NCBI GenBank assembly: GCA_000320545.1
Contig: ADNK01002652.1
Location: forward strand, 1-52,613
From: Bigelowiella natans CCMP2755
Taxonomy: Eukaryota; Protista; Cercozoa
Direction: 5' to 3'
DNA length: 52,613 nt
Positions within the stretch are counted from its first letter, which is position 1; each line of letters begins with the position of its first letter. The notes under the pieces were generated by a model. The model did no database searches and was not told the origin of the DNA. It was given only the letters and a program-made list of their open reading frames with translations. The translations under genes were made by a program, and so were the position numbers. Shown piece by piece: positions 1 to 12,242 of this stretch.

Positions 1-2087
1 CAGGGGGTCTCCATGGGCGTTCCCTTGGTAGTGGCGGCAGGGCGCACAAAGGGTTATAGAGGGGGGGGGGGGGCGGGGAAGAAGAATGTCTTTGTTTACA
101 TAAATATTCTAAAAATAGCTTCTGCTGTTGCTGCGGTTATCACACTTCAGCGTATCTATCCTCCTCTTCCAATCAAAATCCCCTAATACTCAACTACCAC
201 TGCGACTACTACTACTACGACTACTACTACTACTACCGTCTCCGCATTTATGATTTCCTGCTGTATGACTCGATGCAGCGTTTGCTTGAGGTAAAAGGAA
301 ACACTAGTGCCTGGAAGAAGTTATCAGGTTGTCGCGCAAGTTTTAAAAACAATTCGGACTTTTTGCTCTCGATCAAATGGCCTTTTCTTACACCGCACAA
401 AATGCGCGAAGAGCGCTCAAGCAGCAAAACAAACAATGTCGCGCGGAACAAACACGTGTTGCCTCCATCGTAAATAGATGCGATCAAGCGCTCTCTGATA
501 AATCGTCTTCCTTCTCTCGTCGCCAACCTCCATGGCCATCGTAGACGCCCGCAAAGCTCCACGGCCCCGGTTTGTCTAGATTGGTAAAGAAGACAGCAAC
601 GCGTGAAAATGACGATGCGGCGGATGCAACCAAGTGAGCACACCCTCTTCGTCCCCCCCTTTCTCTCGACTGATGCTATTGTTCTTTTGTAAGAGACGTG
701 TCATCACTGTTTATGTGAGTAGAGCGGTCTCACCATGGCCATCGAGCACGAACCCAAGGCAGAGCGACGATGCATCCTATTGCGCGGAGGAAGAGGACGA
801 GGTTCATGGCGTGCATGTAGGTGGAGATGATGATGATGATGACGACGACGACGATGATGATGATGAAAATCACGACGTTCAATCAACCAGCCAGGAAATT
901 GGAACAGAAAGAGTATTGCAACGGCGCAAGAAACATCGAAATTCTGCACGTTAGGATTCGCAGATGTTCCTCATTTGGAAGCACCAAGTATACAAACGAT
1001 ATACTGCTGCTATTACAACTACTTCTGCTGCTGCTCTATCATCTCTACCTGCATGTGCTTTCTGCAGCCTTTCATGCCGTATTTGCTAGCCTCGATGCGC
1101 ATTTTGGCGTCCGGGGCCTGAAGCAGGTTCGCCTTCAAAAGTCGATATAACAGGAGAACAATGCAATGATTACGATAATGCATTTGTTTGCGACCGTGCG
1201 CGGACTCACACGTGTGTGTGTGTGTGTGTGTGTGTACATAATTTATGTATCTTGATCTAATAATAGCTGATATAAAAAAATGACAAAGCAGATTTTTTAT
1301 GCCTCCCCCCCCCCCCCCCCCTTGTAGTAGAAAAATAACGGCAAAAGGTACATACTGAAAAATCCCTCAATATAATTATAACATGTTTGGGGAAAATGAG
1401 GCTTGTTACATCTGCCTCCTTCTCCTCCTCATCCTCGGATGGCAAGTCTTCCGAATCCGCAGAAGCGGCAGCAACGAGGCAGGCAGCACACGTGAGCGAC
1501 TTGCTCTCTGTCTCCGACGTCTCGCTATCAAGCTGCGAATCCTCCTCCTGCACAAGTTGTTGCGCGGTGTAAGAACACTGTCTTCCCAAAAACTTGCTAA
1601 ATTCGCGCCGAAACCATAATTAATGATCATCATCAACAATAGACAGAAGCTGCATGGATGGGGATGGGGATTCAACAACGTACGCTTTCCGGAAGCCGGC
1701 GACGTGCTCGTTTCGTCGTCCCACTCCCGCCGCCAAAGATGCGATTGTTTAGGCGCCCCCTCTTCGAAATTCTTTTCCGCTTGGACGGTAGCGGCCGCTT
1801 TCTCCCTGGCGTCTCCAGTCTAAGCAAGCCGATGCAACGTGCCGATCAATGTCAGGGGCATTCGTATCGAAGGAGCACGAATAGTGGTACATGCAGAAAA
1901 GGAAATAAAAGGCTTTCGATAAGGCGCGCAGTTGGGATCGGCGACACGTTGCAGCTCGCGAAAAATGAATTTCTGTGTGCAGTCATTACTGGGGTGACGA
2001 GGCCGACTCATTCCGAACATTTCTCCCATGCTCCAGTTGAGGAAGCTGAGCTTGCTTTATCTCTCTCCCGTCAACGACGGGCTCCAT
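1..2087 (-). CDS. Protein phosphatase 2C (PPM family), multi-exon, 3' end runs off the window start
   Basis: Spliced minus-strand exons 1049-1117 (APDAKMRIEASKYGMKGCRKHMQ), ~734-776 (DASSLCLGFVLDGH), 528-575 (DKPGPWSFAGVYDGHG) and ~237-310 (GTSVSFYLKQTLHRVIQQEIINAET) give PP2C motif 1 (RxxMQDA) and motif 2 (FxGVYDGHGG) with GT-AG boundaries. The acidic N-terminal exons (~1400-1600, ~1684-1820) and the ATG at 2087 are less certain. Confidence 0.85.
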
Positions 2088-3887
2088 TGTAGTTTTTAGG
2101 CGAATGATAAAGAGGTGAATCTAGGAAGGCAGCAAGAGGGAAGATTCTTGGCGTCAAAATCGCCCCTTGGTCTATAAATCACTGTTTCACACAAAGGACG
2201 TACATCATTAGCTTGTGACATGGATCGAATCACATCTTCCACTATTAAAGATATAGCTTTCTTCCGTTTAGCACATTGTTATCCGAATACTTTTCAGTGG
2301 GATGAGTCTCATTTAATCAGTGTGGATTTTGGTTCTTTTGACCACCGAAAGAAAGAATGGGCAATGGAGAATGAGAAAATCACACGGGGTCAGTCACGAA
2401 GGGCCAAAAATAATATTTCTATCGTTATAAACTCAAAGGATAATTTAGTTCGAAGACAGTGAAGGGCTAGATGCCACTGGGAGATTGCCCAGGCTCGAAA
2501 AGAAGCATCTCTTCTTATTCGTGCCACATTTGGCTTAAGAATCTTCGCCCCCGAGTAGATGAAATAATTGTTTCGAAGAAAGTAAAATAAGTGCCCACGT
2601 TATTTCCTGGATTTGCAGGGGAAAAGAAGCGGAAAGGAGAGCACCTGCCCTCTGAAGACTGACTCTTTCGACCTGTGAGTAGCCATTGTTCCCTTCAGAC
2701 CAACAATCATTGATTGTAGGATTTGTTGCTGTCTTTTAATTAGTGATGACAATCTTTTTTACATGTCGTATATGAGATATATAAATCTTTGGGTGGAAAA
2801 ATAATTTGGATTAGGAGAGCATAGTACTGAATATGGAATTGATACAGCCGAGGACAAATCCGTCACAAACGGGGATTTATAAAAATATCTTAATATTGTA
2901 GTCTATTTATTTTAAATATACAATGTTTTTCCAGTCTCCCAAACATTTCAATTGTCTTTGCATCTCGAAGACAGGAACAGATGCGGTAAAGTTTGCATGC
3001 GAATTTTTAGGCTTTTTTATCCACAGATCTCAGACTAGTATGATCGCATCCTATCTCATAAGAATTTGGATTTTAATTGATATGCAACCAACATAAAAAT
3101 ATTGTGAGAAATAACAGCTGTATTATTATTTTAATGTACAGGAAATATTTATTTCGATACTTTCTTACTGTACATAATATTCGGTGGAAAATCGAGGTTT
3201 TTCCGTTATGACTAAATGTTACAGACAATTAGAAAGAAGATGGGTGCCTTTTTCAGAATTACTTGAAAAGAAGCGTCACTGGCGGGATTTGTGCAAAAAT
3301 ACGATGTGTTACTCCCGTGAAAAGGAGTCTTCAAACTGGTTAGGGATGACGCACCTTAAAGAAGAACTGAATCCGTTCACCTTTATTGGATCAATTTATC
3401 CTATAAAATTGCAATTCATTTAGTAATGACGACATCACATATATTGCCTAGCAGAGAGAAGAATTGAGTGGGAGCAACCTCGTGGACAAACAACTGGCCA
3501 ACACTCGTGTTGTGGAAATATTTATCATGAGCATGTCTTTCTGGTTCGCACAAGAATAAGATAAACTAAAGAAAAAATCATGTCTTAGATAGAAAATACA
3601 TTACAGTTTGGAATTTCTAACATTATTCTACGAGGTGTAGATCTGAATTCTGAAGCGCTCCGTCTTGAAGGTGTGGTCCTTCTTCGGGGGTTTTTGAGAA
3701 ACAGGGGGAGGGAGGGTCTGTGATGAAAAAACGGTCCATAGTTTAGCCACCCGATGTACAAGGATGCAACATATTTCCCCCCCCTTTTGAGCGCCGGTTG
3801 TTATAAGCCAGACAAACGCCACCTCGTTACGTGCGCTTCTTTTCATTTGCTTGTGCTCAAGCTCAATCTCGGTTTTTGCCAGGAAGC

Positions 3888-5499
3888 ATGAGGGGGGTCA
3901 CACGAAAGCTTCTCTCAAAGAATCTTGCGAGTCGCAACCATCGATTCGTTCGTAGCCCAGCTCTTTTCTCCAGTCAGCCGAAGACAAGGGTAGCAGATGA
4001 TAGCATGCACACGGACGCAAAAGCTCATAGAGCCCTAACCCTCCACCATCTCAAAGCTCAGAGCTATTTCAGAGATTTGAAAATCCACATTTGCTTCCCA
4101 GATGTTATATATGCCTATGAATATCAACTGGTTCTTTGTATCCTTCCTTCCATATTCAAGTTATTGAAGCTAAGGGAGGAGCTTGCCGAATCAGGAGCTG
4201 GGGTCGAATCGGTTTGAAACGCAAGAAGACGGATCTAGATTATCAAACATGATTTACTTCCACCTGCATATATAACTGAAACACTGCTCCATGTTTTGCG
4301 CAGTTCATTGACGGAGCGCAAGATGAGAAGGGCGATTCCCAACCGCGTCCCGGCATTCGAAAACCGATTAGAAAGAAGAAGATAGAGCGAAAACCGGAAT
4401 GGTAAGGCTATACCGAAGCTTTCGGTCGTCCTACGGCAGATATATAAAGAACGAAGTAGCCTTACGATTGGGTGTCTAATGGTGCACACACGCAGGTTGA
4501 AAGCTGAGTTTGTGAAGGGCGAGAGCTTAGAGAACTACCAGAGATTAAAAGAAACGGTAGTTGCCAAACCTGTGCGTAGAAACTTATCATCGTCGGTCGT
4601 AAGTGTCTTATCAGCGTTTGTTACGTTGAATCTGTGTTTTTTGCATTAATGCCCATCCACTGTTGTTGGTTAGGTAAAAGGTCTTGGGCTTGCTACTGTG
4701 TGTGAGGAAGCACGGTAGTTCCTCCTCCTTCTTCTTCTTCTTCTTTTTCTTCTTCGCCGCTCGCTACATCCACGCATTCGCGCCCCCCCTACTCACTAAA
4801 TACAATATATAACATATATGTTATATATTGTATTTATAGATGCCCGAACATTGGAGAGTGCTGGGGGGGGAAGGAAGGCACAGGTTCAAATTTACTTTTA
4901 ATATTACTAGAAAAAAAAAAAAAAAAGATGAAAAGACAGATGGCGAATGATTTGGGAGAATATACCGCTTGGAATCGAAACCAATACAAGTAGAAACAAC
5001 AGTTTCGCCCGCTTGCCCGCATACCCCCCATGCTAGCATTGTATTGTGAGACACGGGCAAAGTGAAATGTATTATCACTGAAAACAACAATCACACAGCA
5101 ACGGCAACGATCATGCTAATGGGGGACACATGCACCCGAGCCTGCCGATTTTGCGCTGTAAAGACGAGCAATGCCCCCCCCCCACTGGACCCTAACGAAC
5201 CAGAGAAGGTAGAAGACGTTCCTAGAGATATGTCAGGGTTTCCTGATGTTTGGCATGCAGGTTGCAAGCGCTATTCATCGGTGGGGGCTGGACTACGTGG
5301 TGCTAACGAGCGTTGATCGTGATGACTTAGAGGATGGAGGGGCAACGCACATGGTAATTGTCGTGGTGGTAGTAGTGGTAGTAGTAGTAGCAATAGCAGC
5401 AGCAATAGTAGTAGTAGTAGTAGTAGTAGTAGTGTAGGAGTAGGGAGAGTGTTATAACAAGAAGATGAATAGCAGTAGATATGGGGAGAAGAAGAGTGG

Positions 5500-5582
<83 letters not shown>

Positions 5583-5951
5583 GAGAGAGAAAGAGAGAGA
5601 GAGAACAACCCATAAACGTAATTGTAGAATAACCAAAATCGGCAAATGTCACAAACTAGCGACCCAGGCTCTACTAACATTGTGTAGTCGCCATACGAAT
5701 GAGGTTAATGCTGACGAATGAATGATATCACCCAACACCTGCCTTTCTCACACCAAACAGGCCGAGTGCATTAGCCGTCTCAAGGACACAGCAGACCCCC
5801 CCCTCGTCGAGGTATTATACGTTACAACACAGAGAGTGGGCAGCAGAAAGGAGTCTCGCATTCCAAGCTGCCAACCGCAACGATGCTTCCTTCTGTGTGG
5901 CGAGGAGGAAGCAGCGACAGAAAGATGACAATGAATCACGCTGTATCTGCG

Positions 5952-5986
<35 letters not shown>

Positions 5987-6810
5987 AATATATATATGTA
6001 TATATATTTTTATATGTATCAGTATTGGTGAATATGAGTTGCACGATAACACTTTTGTCCCTCACCCCTCACCCCTCCTCCCCCCCCTCCCTCTCTCGCG
6101 AAGTGCCTTACTCCTGATTTCGGCGGAAACTTAAGTCATGTGGAGATCGTTGCTAGATCAGGTGCAGGAGTCATTCTGTGTGCTGCGGCGAGGAATTCTA
6201 TTTTCTTTAACTCCATGCTCAAAGGGGAGGGAGGGAGAGAGAGGAAGCGGAAGAGGAAAAGGAGAGAACGTCTTCAGATATTGGAAAGAAGTGTATATAG
6301 ATGGCCTACTATAGCACTCTTCGTTTCTGTGTTGATCATCCTGCTTTTCTCTTCAATATGCGTCACATCTATCTTGCTTAAGCATCCTATTGCTGCTGCT
6401 GCAGATGATGATAACGATGATGATGATGATGATGGTGATGTTGCTCTCTGGCACCGCAGGACTAGATGTATTCGCTCACAACATGGAGACCGTAGAGGCT
6501 CTTCAGGTTTGCACCAGGGAGGAGGGGGAGGGGGTAGATGTTGGCAGGGGTGGTGCAGCACTGATAAATAAACAAATAATACTGTGAGGGGAAGCGATGA
6601 AGTTGTTGTCGTTGTCATTGTTGTTGTTGTTGTTGTTATTGCCCTTTCCTGCAGAGCAAAGTACGCGACCGAAGAGCCAATTACACGCAGTCGATGGCTG
6701 TTCTTGAACACGTCAAGAAGGTAGGTTGCGGAGATCATCGCATCCAAAATACACTTCCACACACACGCGCGCACGAGCGCGCATGTATACAACGAACATA
6801 TAAATATATT

Positions 6811-6848
<38 letters not shown>

Positions 6849-7772
6849 TCCAGTACTCTATAGTGCATCCTTCCTTCCTCATGGTTTTCCGCGCCTATTA
6901 CCTACCACAGTGTGTCCCTGAAATGGTGACCAAGACGTCTCTGATGCTTGGTTGCGGGGAGAAGGACGAAGAGGTGGTGCAGTTGTCCACCCGTGGATTT
7001 CTACATTCTTTTACGTGCTTCCCCATGATTTTGTTTCGCAAGAAATTTGGGCGCTGTTGTATTGAAGGGAGAGGGAGATCTGGGTGTGGTGATGGCGTTT
7101 GCTGCTTGCGGGCCCGTGGGCGTCGCTGCTTCTCCCTTTCTGTTAATGCTGTCATCATGCTATGCTGTACCACCGTAGCTGTTTGCTGATAATAGAATAA
7201 AGAACAAGAGTGTTTACTGCTCCTTTGTGTTTCCCTCCCCCCCCCCCCCCCCCCCCCGTTGTACTCCACCTCCTCCTCCTCCTGCTGCTGCTCGTTCCCC
7301 TCTCCTTTGAACGCACTTCCAATAGATTCTTCAAACGCTACGTGATCTGCGGAGCATCGACGTGGATGTGGTACCGTGTATGACTTCTTCCTTGCGTGTG
7401 CATTGTATATTTATATGTATATTATATATATTTGATGGCGGCGTTCTGCGACGTAACATCGTCGGAAAAGCCCATCGTCATTATTCAGCATGCCGGTGGC
7501 ATGCGTGCACGTTGCGACATAATGTAGAATATGCCAAATCGGTTTTGAGTATCCCACCCAAAACATCGATGATGTTGTTGTTTTCGAGTCATCATCTGCA
7601 GCACACCGTTCTGCAGCCCACAGCATAAGCAACATTATCGCCGCCCCGGGTGGCCTACTCAAGACCGATTTGGCATATTCTACATTATGTCGCGACGTGC
7701 ACGCGTGCCACCGGGATGCTGAATAATGACGATGGGCTTTTCCGACGATGTTACGTCGCAGAACGCCGCCAT

Positions 7773-7814
<42 letters not shown>

Positions 7815-8486
7815 TAATTATAGAATGATCCATACTGTAATCTTTACGTTGATTACCATTTGCAAAACATTCTCAGGTTGCTTCTTACGTCACTCCAGAC
7901 CAGTTTCAGCACGTAAGCTGCTTCACTACCCCCCCCCCCTCTTCCTCCCTTTTCCCTATTCATGTTTCGAGAAATACTTATGCCGTGTTACTATCGATTG
8001 GTTACTTACTACTTCCTGAGAATCTGCGAGAACGGCTGCATGGAACGTGGATGTTTGGATGTATCTCACCCTTTTTCTTCTTCTTCTCCCCGACTTCGGG
8101 TTTTGATTGCAGTGGGAAGATGAAGCTAATAAGCTCGGGTTTTTATACGTCGCCAGCGGCCCGCTTGTACGATCGTCTTATAAGGTTTGTCGTTGGCAGC
8201 ATTTCAACGGCGCGTACGAATATGTTCATATGTCCTCTCTCGATATACATAACGATCGAAGGACATTCTCCTCCACAATCAATCGCCATTTTTTTCTTGC
8301 TTCTCGTAGTCATTTTGCCATGTGTTTTTATTTTTATTTTCAACCTTGCCCTGACCATATTCCTTTATTGATTGGCGTTGTTTGTGCTGTACAAACCAGG
8401 CTGGGGAGTTCTACCTGACCAACGTGCTTAAAGAGAGGAAAAAGGAGGCGCAGAAGAGGGTTGCTACTGCCTCAGCGAGCAGTTGA
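3888..8486 (+). CDS. LIAS: Lipoyl synthase, mitochondrial (radical SAM), ~17 exons
   Basis: Exons give [26 protein letters not shown] (auxiliary cluster CX4CX5C), [21 protein letters not shown] (CX3CX2C), [80 protein letters not shown]; TGA at 8484-8486. The N-terminus [28 protein letters not shown] resembles a mitochondrial transit peptide. One conserved exon was not found (see findings). Confidence 0.96.
5354..5603. repeat. Compound intronic microsatellite (GTA)n/(GCA)n...(GT)n(GA)n
   Basis: Directly visible; fills most of a LIAS intron. Confidence 0.95.
7431..7776. mobile_element. Foldback/MITE-like element with 121-bp terminal inverted repeats in a LIAS intron
   Basis: 7431-7551 is the reverse complement of 7656-7776 with 4 mismatches; ~104-bp non-coding spacer; flanked on both sides by (TA)n. 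Confidence 0.8.
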
Positions 8487-8589
8487 TAAACGCATTCAGT
8501 CTGTAGTACTTCGACCGACCCAGGCAGCGAGTAGCATGTGAGAATAATAGACTGGAGGAGGGTGAAGTTATTTGTTTAAGAATAATTTG

Positions 8590-9270
8590 AGCGTAGTTTA
8601 CGCATCAGAGGCACGCATTCAACATTGTAGCGGCAGCATGCGCGCTTGTAATGTCTAGATGTCTAAAGTAACGTCTGCTAGCCTGCATATGGTCGTTGGA
8701 GGTCATCATCCGCTTAGCATCGCTAGATCATACTTAACAACGAGATAGAGTGATGTATGTGTTTGCCATTGCAAGCGTTTCTTTTTCGGTAGTTTGCTAG
8801 CTAGCTAGGTGTGGTGTTCAGTCTTTCCCATTTAATAAATATCGTTCATGACTATTATTCAACGAATAGAACTAGATACCGCTAAAGCTCGAGCGAATGC
8901 GTGCGGCATGCTTCAGCAGGAGCCCCCATGTATATAATACTACATATATGAGACGGATGTAATGAAATGTTTAAATTTTTCCAATGGTCATCCTAATGTA
9001 GCTATGCAATGTAGCGGCTACAGCGCTTAAATTGTGTCTGTTCGTTTCCTTGGTCACATGTTGCATGCATTTTATAGTATATATACACAGCTAGACAGCA
9101 AAAACCTCCATATGTATATAATACTGTATGCATAGGACTCTCGCTGCATGTAAAGCCCAAAGCTCAAATAAACTAATTGCTCGCAGCTCGAATCGACCCT
9201 TCTAGCCTTAATCAAAAATACGGTTTGCTAGCAATGCGTGACGGCTGGGTTTATACAGAGCTCTAGGGCT
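8590..9270. other. Palindrome-rich 3' zone between the convergent LIAS and PTP genes
   Basis: Dense ctag/gctagctagctag, gcatgc, atgcat, agct. Confidence 0.6.
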
Positions 9271-9281
9271 ACTTACTGTTT

Positions 9282-9732
9282 TTACATTGTCGAATCAACA
9301 GAGCCCCCATGTAAACTTCGCATGATCTGCTCGAGATCTATTTGTTTCCTAAAGTACGCTTCCATGTTGTAGGAAGCCTGTGAAGGAAGGTGTTCTTTAC
9401 TTTCAACGTCCTCTTTATCCTCCTCCTGTTCACTGCTGTTCATTTTCCTCCTCCTCATCGTCTTCTTGTGTTTCCGCTTAGTCAATTTGCCGTTGCCATT
9501 CTGCTTTGATGCTGGCCTCCGCCTCTCAATCAACTTTTGCTTCTGTTTTCCGGTAGAGCCAGCCCTCTGCCACCCATCGAGAGCTTTTTGCATTAGTTCT
9601 TTGTTTGCCCCCTGTTTCCAAACATACATATTGGTGGGATTCGTAGTTTTATCAAGGTTGTCAAACAGGTGTACGGATATAAAACACACACACAACACAT
9701 ACACATACAGACAGATAGACACGCACATGATA

Positions 9733-9798
<66 letters not shown>

Positions 9799-10896
9799 GT
9801 ATTGTGACGCATTCACAAACTTAACATCACATCCTCACTTTGCTTCTCATATATTCTTCTATGACGATATCATCAGGAACTCCAGCAATCTTGAGAAGGC
9901 AAGCAATAATGACGCCGGTTCTATCTTTTCCTTAGTGAACAAATGTGACACATATGTCTTATTTGTGTGGAATTAATCGACCCAAATCATCCTCAGACTC
10001 CTGAGTACTGACAAATCTTTTTGCTATGGCACAACACTATGCAAAAGGGTTTCGACTTTTCAGGGTAGGGGTGCATTAGTCCAGCTGGGATACCTTTACG
10101 ACAATGGAACAGAATCGGATATTCAACCTTTTCGTCTTCCAGAGTCTTCAACACTGCGGTGAGGAAGATGACATGAGAAACTCGATAATATGCTCGAAAG
10201 GTAGTTTCAGCTGTAGAAAGAGCAGCGCTTCCTACTATAATACCTTCTACCAGCCAACTTCGGACATCCTTCGTCCCCGTCTCAAAACAGTCTATATCTT
10301 TGGCCTTTTTTACCTGGATGTTAATTTCGATGTTTTAATATTTTAAAGAACATGTAAGCACGGTGTCACGGTCATCCATCGTCTCTTCCGTCCTTATGGT
10401 AAAAATAGCTCATCAGATACTGAAAAACATGACTAGATAGCAAATATGCAATTCCTCCATCGTCCCCACCTGTACATAGCGAACGCCCTTGAAAGTATTG
10501 TTATCTTCGTGGTTTCGTAGATTTATGATGGTCTTAGGACAGCCCAGCTCCTCCCAAGTGCAGTTTCCAATTTCCCCTATGCAAATATGAAGAGTTATTT
10601 CCTACGCAGGGTGATACGACGAGGGCCTGAAAAACGACGGTAGCTTTGTCAAAACAGTCTGATTATGTAACGATAGAGTAGAAGGACGCACTCATTATGA
10701 GCACACTTCATAATTTTCCTGATTCTGCACATAAGAAACCTGATCTTAGCAGACGCTGTTGCGGAAGCCGCGCTGGCGAGGGGAGGGGCTTGCATTCGAT
10801 GTCTGAGGTATTGCTTTCCTTTGTTCTTCCCTTAAGTATTTCTTGGAGAGCACGCCCAACATCCCTCCAATTTTCGTGACCAAGCGCTGTAAGCAT
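9282..10896 (-). CDS. Protein tyrosine/phosphoinositide phosphatase, IphP/MptpB-like (Y_phosphatase3-type)
   Basis: Exons give ENWRDVG (cf. NFRDLG), RLLRSG, LGCPKTIINLR, YPILFHCRKG|KDRTGVIIACLLKIAGVPDDIVIEEYMRS (CX5R P-loop split by an intron), then a basic/acidic C-terminal exon ending with TAA at 9282. Confidence 0.88.
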
Positions 10897-11534
10897 TGCT
10901 GTTGGTCTGCTCTTGCTCGGAAGCCCTCTTTCACTATGAAATATGATTGAATCCGTTCTCCAAGAGAAAGGCGTTTATGTAGAAATATCGGTGCAAAGCG
11001 CAATTTTCTCTAAAAACGGCATGCTATTTTTCAACCAGAACACTCGGGAACTTTCTCGCAATGTTCTTTCTTTTTTTGTGTCTGCTTATGCCCGGCAAGA
11101 GCTATCTTTTTGTTAGATGTTTTCAGGATAAAATGATGACAGAAACTGCACTGTCGGAATCTGGGCAGCAAACACGCTCTAAACTCTAAGGTCGCGTGTT
11201 CAGGAATGTGCTTCTTTTGCTTGCATCATTATTTTGACAGATTTTGCTCTCTTCCTGCACCGAATTCTTGCAAACGCGGAATGCTTCCAATTTTTCGCTC
11301 ATGCTCATTGGAATTTTCTGGGGCATTTCAACTTCAGCGTCATTCCGGGAGACAAAATGGTGCGAAAAACATCAGTTCTTTTTGGACAAATTTGCATGGA
11401 TTTCGACCATGTTCAGTCCTAAGTTCTTTTCTGATTAGTGCTGCAGGCCCAATGAGCATGTTGCCCAAAGAACTTCGAATTCCCTTGTCGCAGGTCTCGA
11501 CCACGGAACAACTTGCTGCCCTACATGAAAGGAA

Positions 11535-11725
11535 GCAACAAAAAGTACGGAAAGCGCGCCCTCTTTTGTGGGTGTTCATTGGGTCATGGCCACAAAAAAC
11601 GTGAAAACGCACGGCGACATGGTTGACTACCGCAGTCAACTAATTCTGGGGCATCAAGGAGGTCACACTAAATTAAATTTCCTTTGTTAGTCGGGGTGCG
11701 ACATTAATATTGTGGAGTCGCAGGA
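11535..11725 (+). pseudogene. Possible degenerate ankyrin-repeat fragment
   Basis: Pieces in different frames read NKKYGKRALF, HGH and GHTKLNFLC*SGCDINIVES, resembling the start and end of ankyrin repeats, interrupted by frameshifts and a stop. Confidence 0.35.
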
Positions 11726-12242
11726 GGAGATCCGCAAGAATTCCTCAGATGTTCCCGATGACCGGAAGAGCGCAACAATGAATGTTCAATTCGGAGAACC
11801 AGCCATAAACAGCGGCAGAAAGTGAGTCTCTTTCAAGAGCGGATGTCCTTCTCGTACACCGCAAAAGCCCTTTCGATTTTGTAAGTGCACCGAGGGTTTG
11901 GGTCTTGATTTTGAGAAATCGCGCTTTTTCCGAAAGTGAACAGTTTTGGACATGATCTTGTTCAAATCTTCTCGAGCCGCAACATCGATGGCTCTTTCTT
12001 GGAATGAATGACATCAAGGGGATTATGATTGCCTTTGATCAGAAAGAGAGGTAGGACATCACGGCTGAGAAAATTATTTTGACATTTGCTTCGTAGCTTT
12101 GTATGAACTGGATGAAAATTATCCTGCTTGTAGCGTAGTCGACAGTCGACATGCTTACCTGCTTGGACCAGAACTCGTAGAAACTTATTTGTACATTTTA
12201 AAGGAACGAGACAGGATCGTTGTGGATTCAGGACGGGCATTT

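Noticed and set aside
248-643. 131-aa minus-strand ORF
   Set aside because: Overlaps the PP2C exons in a different frame; the PP2C motif identifies the real frame.
2200-3700. Short ORFs (2220-2462, 3184-3423) between PP2C and LIAS
   Set aside because: No recognisable motif, exon chain or terminal repeats; treated as intergenic.
5271-5721. ORFs containing LSLSLS, THTHTH, YIYIYI or CVCVCV runs (here and throughout)
   Set aside because: Translations of intronic microsatellites.
7600-7628. LQPT codons inside the foldback element as the missing LIAS exon
   Set aside because: No GQY upstream, a stop two codons later and no suitable donor; probably coincidence.
12099-12230. YLLGPELVETYLY resembling the GH47 mannosidase motif YxLRPExxES
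   Set aside because: The key Arg is absent and there is no other GH47 sequence nearby; probably chance.
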